This document shows positions 9,855-24,451 of a DNA stretch of 64,000 nt, in pieces. Each line of letters opens with the position of its first letter. The stretch's first letter is position 1. The stretch is from Zygnema circumcarinatum SAG 698-1b (lineage: Eukaryota; Plantae; Zygnematophyceae), in NCBI GenBank assembly GCA_037447605.1, contig CM074820.1, forward strand, positions 682,001 to 746,000, given 5' to 3'. The translations under genes were made by a program, and so were the position numbers. Under the pieces are notes generated by a model. It was not told the origin of the DNA, did no database searches, and was given only the letters and a program-made list of their open reading frames with translations.

Positions 9855-12062
9855 ATGAATAGGATGGAGGGCCAGATCAGTAGGCCGAGTTCGAAGGATT
9901 ACACTCAGCCTTGCAAGCATCACACGGCTTGCAGAAACCGCCTCGACTGCAGCTACATGCATTTTGCGAGCTGCAGAGAGGGAGGTTCATGCAAAAATTT
10001 CGCCTGCACATATGCGCACCCTCCCCCTTGCGAGAAGAGTTCAGATTGCAGGAACCCCACTTGCAAGGCATGGCATAAACCTCAAATGTGCCGCGACGTA
10101 CCTTTCTGCAGGAAGGTGGGAAAGGGGACCTGTCCCTATTGGCACCCCCCCATATGTCGGAACGGCGATGCATGCAGAAACAGGGAGCTTTGCAAGTATG
10201 CGCATCCTCCTCCTTGTAGAGCGGGGGCGAATTGTGAGGTCCCGGAATGTACATATTGGCATGAAGGGACTCAGATTCAGAAGGTTCAGACACTTCTTTT
10301 GAAGAATCCGAGGACGAGTTGCAGATCTGGCGACGCTTGCCGCTTTAAGCATCACTGCAAATATGAGCATCCGAGCGCTAATCTCGTCAGTGTTGAAGGT
10401 GGGCTCAGAATACAAGTTTTTTTTCTTTGGGGTTCATATCTCTTTTCTAGTTAATGTGGCTTTCGCACGAATGCAGCTGCAGGGCTTCAATTGTGTTTCG
10501 TATTTTGGGTGTTTAGACACTATGGAGGAGAGGGTGTTTTTTTCTTCTGAAGGTTACTTTTTGGCAGATATAGGGCTTGATGAAAGATTATAAACTTTGT
10601 TAAAGGCTCGAACTAAAAGGTTTCTTTGTGGGTTTTTTGTTGCAGATATTGCTCCCTTCCAGAAACTGCTCACGAAAACTTGCATTTCTGAATATATCGG
10701 CAAAGGCCAGGACGCTCCGGGACTTGCACACACGTGGGGGAGTTGACCCACTTCTCTAACCCTCGTTAAAGGAAAGGACATGAGGTCTCGATAAAGTCAC
10801 ACGCTTACCATTCATGATGACAATGTGAATTATATAAAACAGATAACTTGAGACAGCTGTCCCACCCCTCTTGCCTTAGCCTTTCTTTTAAACACCCTCA
10901 TTTGAATCTTTTTATAAGCTTCTTACTTTTGTGCTTAGGTCCTTTGCCACCAATCCCTCGTGGTTCCCCATGATGCTGATTTTGTCCATGTACATTTGAT
11001 GGCATCATCGCCATCGTGAGACCAATGCCATTTTCCCTTTTTCTTATAAGAAACCCGGATGCTGAATGTGCAGGGGATTCAAAGTAGAGCGCGTGTACTA
11101 CATCCTGAACCCCATGGTCGAGCAGCGCTACAAGGAGCATGTGGGGTCTATTAAAAAAAATTTACATGAATGTCCCCTTGTGGCGGGCTGTGCTACAAGA
11201 CCCCATCTTCCAAAAGAGGTTGTTGGGAATTTTGACTCCCACGAAGCGCCATTGCTGCATGGGAGTAAGCACAGACTCATTCAGAACAAGATAATCGACG
11301 AAGGTCTGAATACTGAAACTGCGCAGCAGGGCGGCCTCTTTGGGAGGGCGATTTACTTTACGGAGCATTCGAGCAAAGCAGACGAGTACACAGACCCCGA
11401 TTACAAAGGTCAGTTACAAGGAGAGTTTGCTTTAAAGTTAACTTTGCTTTGTTTGAAAAAGGACGTGCAGGGAGAGTTTTAGAGAGAATAAAGAGGACTT
11501 AAATTTGGTGGTTTTGTTTTCTGCGGCAGGGAGGCATGCCGTACTGCTTTCGAAAGTCTATGTTGGGTGGCCCCACCAGGCGACACGTGGCAGCCACAGC
11601 TTGACCACCCCGCCTTGTGTGCAGCAATGCACGGCGGCGACATGCAGTCACATGCGTCATGACTCGATCATTGGCCTCACGAAGGTGGGCACACACTTCT
11701 GGGGTTGTTCGTACATTGTTTCTAGAGCTCTTGTTGTTCTCGTTGGTGTTCCCTGGTCTAACGGTTGTTGATGTTGTTCTTCCATTGTAGTTTTGATTGT
11801 TATTCTTGTTACATCGTTCAAAGGGTTGTCATTGTTGTTGTTGTTGCATGGATCAAATGTTCACACTTGGTGTTGTATGGCCTTGTTGTTCCTTTGACCT
11901 TAACAAGCAAATGGCCCATTTCTTCATGTTTACGACACTGTGGGTGCGATGGCGATGCAGAGCGACACGCCGGCGGCGTATCTGAACAAGTACCGCGAGT
12001 TTTGCGTGTATGACGGCCGGCAGTGCATGGCCCTCTACCTCATCCACTACCACCGAGTGTAG
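9855..12062 (+). CDS. 7x CCCH zinc finger - PARP (ADP-ribosyltransferase) catalytic-domain protein, 407 aa. Exons 9855-10398, 10646-10733, 11074-11408, 11530-11684, 11961-12062
   Basis: All four introns are GT-AG with matching phases (1, 2, 1, 0), and exons sum to 1224 nt ending in TAG. PARP signature: EAPLLHGS...GGLFGRAIYFTEHSSKADEY...VLLSKVYVG...HDSIIG...YREFCVYDGRQCMALYLIHY. Confidence 0.9.
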
Positions 12063-12126
12063 AAAAACACATGCAATAAAAGCCCGGATTCTGCACAAGC
12101 TTAGACCAATTAGGAGCCTCAAGTGT

Positions 12127-12326
<200 letters not shown>

Positions 12327-13634
12327 TCAGATTGACAGAGCCTTTATGAAATCTCTCTTTCCTGTACATGAATGAATGATGATCTGTGATGGTGACCCGC
12401 CCCCTATCCCTCGAATCCTTCAAAAAAAATGGTACTTGGATTATAGCACTCAGATTCAAGAACGTCCTCGCCCTTTGTTAACCTTCTTTAGGCTTAGCGC
12501 CGTTGAAGGTCGGGGCCTTCAAGCGGTTGAAGATTTGCGTAAAGACCATGAGCCCCCCCCTATCAACAAAAGCGATTCGCACGCTCTCCCACGTCTCCTT
12601 CTCACTATCAGTAATCACAGGCCGCATCTTGGAAGCCCTCACATTACACAGCTCCTGCAACCTTCAATCCATCTAACCCCAAAACGTCTCCTTCAATAAT
12701 GAATGTTTCAATGGTCTTATTTCATAAACATGCTGAAAAAAGAAAAGCAATATTAAGCAGTAAATAGGAAGGTGGGCCCCGCTAAGGAAGGTGGATAATA
12801 AAGCTCTCACCTTGCAGGGGAAAGGAGCGCGGAAACACTGACAGGAATCGCAACTTCCGTTGAGATTTCCTGCATCGTTGGCATGGAATCACATGGAGCA
12901 CATGAAAGTCCATCTCTTGGAGAATTTAGACAAGCCAAAAAGGCCCATCACTGCATCCATGGCAACACAAACTACGCATCATCTTATGATTTTGAGGGAT
13001 CAGAAATGTATGGTCTACACAGTTGTGAACCACTGTGTATGCAGCCGTGCATACAGCAGCGTATGCTCCGATTAAAGGAAGACTTTACGAGCCGTATGGA
13101 CTGCCTAGAAGAGAGATTTGTGACTTTCTTTGAATGGCATGATGCAAGACCAGGTGAAGATGATTCCAAATTCTGAATGCAGCACACATTTCAAAGAACA
13201 CCTCAAACACAACATTCAGAAGAGTGCAGATAGAGGTTCTGATATCAACCTTTCGCTTGACCTGCCCTCATTATCTGCCTTCCCCCGTCTCTAAGCGCAC
13301 AGAGAGAGAAAAAGAAAATGTGGGGAGGGGGAGGGGGAGGGGAGGGAGAGGGGGAGGGGAGGGGGAGGGAGAGGGGAGGGGGGAGGGGAGGGGGAGGGGA
13401 GGGGAGGGGGAGGGGAGGGGGAGGGGGAGGGGAGGGGGGAGGGGAGGGGGAGGGGAGGGGGAGGGGGAGGGGAGGGGGAGGGGGAGGGGAGGGAGGGGGA
13501 GGGGAGGGGGAGGGGGAGGGGAGGGGGAGGGGAGGGGAGGGGGAGGGGGACGGGGAGGGGGAGGGGAGGGGGAGGGGAGGGAGGGAGAGGGGGAGGGATG
13601 AGAGCCAGAGGGGGAGAGAGGTGGGACTGCTCAC

Positions 13635-13874
13635 CTCCTCCGTGGTGCCTGTATAGCACAGCAAGCAGTACACCTCCTGCTCCGCTTCAAGGTGAGGTGT
13701 TACGCTAAAAAATCTTCCGCATGTTCTCAAATTGCAATACACGTTGTAAAATTCCAAATTGCTGCACAGGCGCTTTTCTCTTAAAGGGGGAAACTGTTCA
13801 CAGAACTGGACCCATGGAATAATTTCAACAGCCGGGGCAGAAACAAAAGCTTGCTTTCGCTTTTCTGAAGCCAT
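13635..13874 (-). CDS. First coding exon of a putative Cys-rich (zinc-ribbon-like) protein gene divergent from RPS14; downstream exons uncertain (~12680-13270)
   Basis: MASEKRKQ...YNVYCNLRTCGRFFSVTPHLEAEQEVYCLLCYTGTTEE (80 codons) ends at a strong GAG/GTGAGC donor; non-repetitive composition. Confidence 0.5.
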
Positions 13875-14009
13875 TCCTTCAGAATTTGATGGAAATCTAT
13901 CGGCAGAATCTTCTGCACTTCCTGAAGATGTGAGCAAAATTGTTTCAAGAAAATCGCCCAACAGTTTTATTCAAGACACATCTCTGTCATATTCTACAAT
14001 ACTCCAACT

Positions 14010-14110
14010 CAACCCCAAACCCTAAAACCCCAAACCCTAAAAACCCAACCCTACCCCAAACCCTAAAAAGGACCTGAACCCTGGAGGGCAGAGCTCTGCG
14101 AACCCTAAAA
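14010..14110 (+). promoter_or_regulatory. Telo-box (AAACCCTA) cluster upstream of RPS14
   Basis: Three exact AAACCCTA plus variants about 200-290 bp before the RPS14 ATG. Telo-boxes are typical of plant ribosomal-protein promoters. Confidence 0.6.
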
Positions 14111-14301
14111 CGCATCCTGGAGCAGAGGGGGTACGGCGAATCGCCGTTCAATCCCAGCCGTCGATGCGGAGAAATCGTTGGATCGGACGGTTGAGCGCGG
14201 CCCTCCCCCGGAACAAAGAGCGGCGCGCGCCCTAATGTGCGCTCTCTCCGCCGAACGATTCCGCGCTCGCCCTCTGCGGGGAAAGGGAGGCATCCGCCGC
14301 C

Positions 14302-18664
<4,363 letters not shown>

Positions 18665-18884
18665 GGGGCAGACGGAGAACGGAACGGGATGCGTACATGG
18701 AACGGGTGTCGGCTCATGCACGGAACTGTTCGCCTTTGTGTGCTTTCCTGCGTGTACATCTCTCATTAATGAAATGGTAGTGGAGCCAACTTCACCCTCT
18801 TCGCTATGCCCCCTCTCCCTCTCGGCCCCCCTCCCCCACACCCCTGTCGCTCCTTCGTTCTCTTCCTATCCCGTCCCCCTCTCA

Positions 18885-19262
18885 CTTTCCGAAGCCTCTT
18901 GTTTCATCTCCTCTCCCCCCCTCTCTTTCTGAAGCGTCTTGTTTCATCTCCTCTCCCCCCCTCTCTCTTTCTGAAGCCTCTTGTTACATCTCCTCTCCCC
19001 CCCTCTCTCTTTCTGAAGCCTCTTGTTTCATCACCTCTCCCCCCCTCTTTCTTTCTGAAGCCTCTTGTTTCATCTCCTCTCCCCCCCTCTCTCGTTCTGA
19101 AGCCTCTTGTTTCATCTCCTCTCCCCCCCTCTCTCTTTCTGAAGCCTCTTGTTTCATCTCCTCTTCCCCCCTCTCTCTTTCTGAAGCCTCTTGTTTCATC
19201 TCTTCTCAACCCCTCCCTCTTTCTGAAGCCTCTTGCTCCATCTCCTCTCACCCCCTCTCTCT
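18885..19262. repeat. 42-bp minisatellite, ~9 copies
   Basis: Unit CTGAAGCCTCTTGTTTCATCTCCTCTCCCCCCCTCTCTCTTT. Confidence 0.92.
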
Positions 19263-20032
19263 TCTCTTCTCCTCCCAGTCTCTCCTTCTCTCCTTGTCTC
19301 TCCTTCCCTCCTTATCTTGCTACTCCGCTGTGACTGCATCCATGATGGGTCTTTTGTGGATAGCATACATGAGGTCTGGCGTACCCGTACGCGTTTTCTT
19401 TATTTTGGACAATGGCGTTAGAATTCAGAAATTCGTATTCATGAGATGTGCTGGCTTTTCTTGGGAGGCATTTCTTGTTTTTTTAGTCCACGTGCTTGCA
19501 TTCTTCCATTTTCATTTGAAGAAAAAGAAAACCGAATTGAGAGTCCTTCAGGATAGAAAAAGAAAGTGAAAGACCAAAGCGAAGACCAAATACTCGAAAC
19601 CGAAAACTGGGACATTACTCCATTATTTCTTTTGCCACATGCCCGCGACAAGTAGGCCACCATGCGGTTATGTCCACCACTGAGAGTCAGACAGACACAG
19701 ATAGACAGATAGGCGGATATGTTCATATAGACAGCCTGACAAACACTGATTGATATTACTTAAAGACATACACTTGGTCACAGAGACAGACACACACACA
19801 GCACACAGAAGACACATATAGACACAGACAGCCAGAGACAATACAGGAACAAAGAGCGGCACACACAGACATCAGAGGTGCTACTAACAATCAAAGACAT
19901 GGAGCTCCAGCTAGGGCACCCTGCGGCACACGCTAAACAGAACAATAATTTGCATGGAAAGCGAAATTCTCACACGCACACGGGGAGGGCTGGCTCTGGG
20001 AAGAAGCAATCAGGCACTCCATTTATGTGTCA

Positions 20033-20788
20033 TCAGGACAGGGAGCTGCTGGCAGATGCTTCCCATCTCCTGGAGAACAGCATTCGAGTCCGCTTGTCTA
20101 CTTCGTACTTGTAACACAACACTGTGATGAAAAAACTAATGCAGATCGGTATTGCAAAAGAGCTCAGCTCGTGGTTTCCCTTGAACATGAAAACAGACAG
20201 GAGCAATCCTACGCCCACTAGCCCCCGGTACAAGTAGCTGTAAAAGGGAGAGTGGTACCGGAAGGTAGCAAATCCGATGAAGGCTACCGCCAGCCTAACA
20301 ATCGCAGTGAAGTTCGGCTCTAACCTCCGATAAGCATCGACAGCTAATCCTATCCACACTAAAGTGGTATCCACTAAAATGTAGCCTTCTCTGTGTGATA
20401 TGTACCACTCTGCCAAGACGGATGTTGTGACTGCATGTGCGGCTCCCACTGAAGTGAGAGCGAAAGGAATCCAGAGGCCCGGGCAATCCTCTTCGCCTGC
20501 TTCCAGCTTGGGGACCCATGGAAGAAGCAATCCCTTCCCTCGGAGGCAGTTCCAAAGGTATCGAAAGGACAGCACTATCATTAAAGTCATCCTGAACACA
20601 CCCATCCAGAAGTCGTACTGCACTGCTTCCATATTTAGCTGCCGAACGTACGCTTCCTCCATCCTTGAATTGCCGAAATAGAGCATAAATCTGCGCCATC
20701 CTGGTACTTGATAATCGCGGAATCTCCAAGGAACTTGCCTTCCGTGATGCTGGTTTTCAGAGGCAAGCAGAGAAGTGGGGTCTGCCAT
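20033..20788 (-). CDS. Multi-pass membrane protein of unknown function, 251 aa, single coding exon
   Basis: The ATG follows a polypyrimidine/AG acceptor (5'UTR intron). About 6 hydrophobic segments are bracketed by LYFGNSRMEEAY and YKYEVDKRTRMLF. Confidence 0.75.
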   Translation of the reverse strand: MADPTSLLASENQHHGRQVPWRFRDYQVPGWRRFMLYFGNSRMEEAYVRQLNMEAVQYDFWMGVFRMTLMIVLSFRYLWNCLRGKGLLLPWVPKLEAGEEDCPGLWIPFALTSVGAAHAVTTSVLAEWYISHREGYILVDTTLVWIGLAVDAYRRLEPNFTAIVRLAVAFIGFATFRYHSPFYSYLYRGLVGVGLLLSVFMFKGNHELSSFAIPICISFFITVLCYKYEVDKRTRMLFSRRWEASASSSLS

Positions 20789-22885
20789 TAAATCTGTTAA
20801 AACAAAAAAAAAAATCAGCATGCATGAGTCACTCGTGATCGGTCAGCTGAGCTCAGATCGAGATGCTTCCTAGAAGAATATAACATAGAACACGTAAAGT
20901 TGAGAGTCTAGAGGTTACTTTTGGCATGTCTGATCCGAAACATGACGTGTTCTAGATCAAGAGTAGGTTGAATGAGAAACAATTTACTGGAAGATGGGGT
21001 CTGAAGGCTTACAGCTAGATAATTAAGCCAATTCAGCAGGAAAAAAAATAAGTTTTCCTGCTCCAAGCAATCACGAAGAGCTTGTAAGCATCCTCCCAAC
21101 TTTTCCAAGGCGAGCCAATTTGAAAAAACAAAAAAAAACTCATCTAAGGTTCGTGAAGAAGCGAAAGGTTGTTTCCTGACTATAAATGACCAAGACTGGC
21201 TAGCTAACGCAAAATAGCCTGTAAAACATCAGCTTGCTTTACTAACGTCAACATTACAAGTTGTGAGCAAACTTCCTATCTTCATAAGTGTCTGCTTTTT
21301 AATTTGAACCAGAGCTCAAAACTGAGACCAGAAAAGTTGAAATCGAAGTCAAAATCTTTGAAAAACAGCCTGCTTGTTCAGTCCGTAAAAAATTAGGATG
21401 TGGAGGTCCTTCCTCCAAACCACCTGGCACAGAAACTCAAGCAGTCTTCTCAACAGAAAAGAAAACAAATCATCAAACATCAAGCATCAAACATAAAATA
21501 TTCGATAAGGGACGCATGCAAGATGCAGCACTGCCTCTACATTTTACAGGAGATGCATCCAAATTCATCCACCTCCAATCCACTTTCCATTCCCACCTTT
21601 CAGCAATTCATACATATTGATCCTGAAGCGGCCGATACCTTTCCTCCGCTCTCTCTCCTCTATCTCCCTCACCTGTTTCGGCCCCTGTAGACACTCCACC
21701 CCTGTTTCAGAAATACTCAGCTGCAAAGCTCGGTTCCTTCACCATCTGCTTGCTTCAGATTCAGGTTCACAATCAGTTCAGAATTAGACTTCATAATTGG
21801 CAGGAAATAACCACATTCCAGAACCTGCAGATTTCGCTTGTTGCTCCTTCAAAAGTCCTGCAAAGCTGTCACTGAGCGGAGGGAGAATATTGGAGAGGAT
21901 GCAGGAAGGGCCCTTTGTAGTTGTCTCCAATACGACAGTCAGCTAACAGGAACGTACAAACTTCGTACGGTACGATCCCACTTCCCTCTGGTCTACAACT
22001 GGCTACCGTACGGTACTTTTTCGTACGGGCGAATCGACTGATCCACCAGGGCGGGAATTGGAACAAAAGTAGAATCCAATCGTATAATATTCTCTTATCT
22101 GTACTGCACAAACTTTCAAGGGTTCCTTTTTTTTTTTTTTTTTTTTTCAAAACAGTGGGTTTTTTTTAAATGGTGTCTTATCCATGTACATTTTTTTTGA
22201 ATGGCATCGCCGTTGCGAGGACAACGCAATATCTATTTTCTCTTTTGGTCCTTTCGAGCCAATTTTTTACTTCTTTTTTGTCATGCATGCATTCGTCCTT
22301 CTGGTCAAAGATGTGACTTCTGGTTCTACAAGTACTGTTGTCGTCTGCCGTACAGACAAAAATTTCACGACGATACAAGGCTGTACAATAATGTACGGTA
22401 TAGTACATCATGGTACGGTAATGTACGGTGAATTCATGTTGTCCTCCGAAATTCCGCAACGGCAAAATCATGTTTTTGTCAAGTGGAGGGCGGAGAATTT
22501 CTGGTGGATGTCGTTGGTACATGTGTACGGCGTGGCAGCAAAAAAAAAACTTGTGGGGCGACGAGCCAATCAGGGCATCCAAAACTTGAGCGCAGCCAAT
22601 CAGAGCGCGTCGGACCGCGGTATTTTCCGCTTGAAGTGAACGAAAAAAGAAATTCGTGGATAAATTGCGGCAGATTCTAGGGAGATTCTATGAACAATCC
22701 AAGTAAGTACGAATCTTATGTACGGACTGGGGCAAAACGCCAATTGGATTCTGTTTCCTTCCGGCGGCTGCTGACACGCGTCAGTCGGAGCGCGCCTCCT
22801 ATCCGGATAACGATAATGTAGCGTAACGGAGCTGCGCTCGACGGATCCGCGTCCGTTCAGTTGTACTTGACATATTCATATTCAG

Positions 22886-23509
22886 TGTCACGGACCGGCA
22901 TAATCCAGGAGTTGCCGACGGAAAATGCGAGAAGGCGGCGCCATGTGTTGGCGGCCCACGGAACAGCACACCATCCAGCTAGGCGCACTCGGAAGCGCCG
23001 CAACATGCCGCCGATTGTCATCAGTTGACCAATCCGAAGGCTCCACGCAGTCAGTCAGGCCACTCAGTGGGCAGTTGGCCAATCAGGGACTGTCACTGCT
23101 AAGGCTCAAGATCTATTGTCGGCGCTAAGTAGATGGGATGTCAGTGATGCTAGTTTGTCTTTTAGTGTTGGGCTTAGTATTTGTATTTAAGCTGTGTGGT
23201 TTGGTTGTCTTGTTCTTTTCTTTTCTTCCTCTTCGATGTTAATGTGATGCTAAGTGAGAGAGAGAGAGAGTTCCATGGCATAGAGAGAGAGAGAGAAAGA
23301 AAGAGTCTTCTTGCTGATAGCATTTAGACATCCCATTCAGCCCAGCCAGACAAAGATTCAAGTGAGAAGACGCTTTCATTGTAATGACAATCCCCAGCCA
23401 ACCGCTGGCTGGGGTGAGTTTCCAAAATACCACCTTTATCTAAGTTGAGTCCTGTTTTCCCCTTGCTGTCACTATGCCAAGCTACCATCTTGTGCTATCC
23501 TGCCTTACA
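22886..23509 (-). mobile_element. Probable orphan LTR (3' LTR of a minus-strand element)
   Basis: TGT...ACA termini, preceded on the minus strand by purine tract AGGAGGAA; no matching TSD. Confidence 0.4.
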
Positions 23510-23526
23510 TTCCTCCTAATGACCGA

Positions 23527-24451
23527 TGATAACTAGAAGCCTAGCTAAGAGAATAGCCGAGGAGAAGACAGGAGAAGAGAGGCCCCAAGGAAGGGCCCTT
23601 TGGCGATCGAAGCCCAGCCGTGGGGAACATCTTCGTGATCCCTTTACGCCTCACGCCACAAGTATCTCCTCTCAATCCCCTGGACCCTGGTTTCTGCGCC
23701 GCAGTAGATCCACAAAGCACCAACCCAACCCTTCATCGGGCTTTCAAGACGACGCCGCTGAAAGTGGCCGTGACAAAGACCTGCAACTAGCTCAGCAATC
23801 TCCTTTTAACCCCACTTATCTTGGTATTAGAGCTGAAGGTTTTGCAGATCCACGTACCTTGATACGTGAGGCTACCGATCCCGTGACCCGTGTCACAGCC
23901 GCCATGGATGAAGAGCTGCAACAAGAGGGACAAGCAGATCTTCATGAGTATTCAGATGAAGACGTGGGGACCTCAAGAAGAACAGGCGATCGAAATCCAA
24001 GGACGGATTCAGACTCAGAGGAAGAAGCAGTCAGAGAAAGACTGAAGATGGGTATCACCGAAGAGAACCCTTATCCCAGTCTGGCTTACCTTGAGCAGAT
24101 CGAGTCGATTGAAGAACTGCAGCGACTCCATCTAGGCAGTGATGGCCATAGGTTTCGCTGGCGATATGCACGCAGGATGATCAAGTTGGCAGCTTGCCCA
24201 GTTGCTGTCACGGCCGCAGATGCCGTGAAGAGAGGAGTTCCGCTCTCGAACTCAGGTCCCCCTCGCGCCCATCACCAGTGGACAAAACCCATCGATCTCA
24301 AATGGATAACTACCGCACTGTGAAAGCCATCCGGAAGACGCTAGCCGCACGCAGTCCTACAACAGCAAGCGGGACTCTCCGTAAGACACCCTCACCTCCG
24401 GGCGCTTCACAACTACCCATCCGCAGTCCCAAAGCAGCTGCTCGGCAAGGG
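23527..24451 (+). mobile_element. Host Ty3/gypsy element (family C): 5' LTR 23527-23821, PBS 23822-23833, gag N-terminus from 23904; interrupted by chromovirus A1
   Basis: TGATAA...TTATC termini followed by TGGTATTAGAGC (tRNA-iMet PBS with one mismatch) and ORF MDEELQQEG. Confidence 0.6.

Noticed and set aside
6465-10398. Fingers as PAR-binding PBZ motifs
   Set aside because: PBZ is C-x5-C-x5/6-H-x5-H (C2H2). These are C-x5-C-x4-7-C-x3-H, although PAR binding is not experimentally excluded.
14010-14110. Telomere or interstitial telomeric array
   Set aside because: Too short and degenerate; its position before a ribosomal-protein gene fits telo-boxes.
21945-22440. GTACG-rich motifs as a MITE or hairpin RNA
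   Set aside because: No clear TIR pair, TSD or extended stem could be delimited by eye.
23526-24323. 265-aa ORF MITRSLAK as a host gene
   Set aside because: Its first part runs through a probable LTR and PBS (23527-23833); the remainder is gag-like leader of gypsy C.
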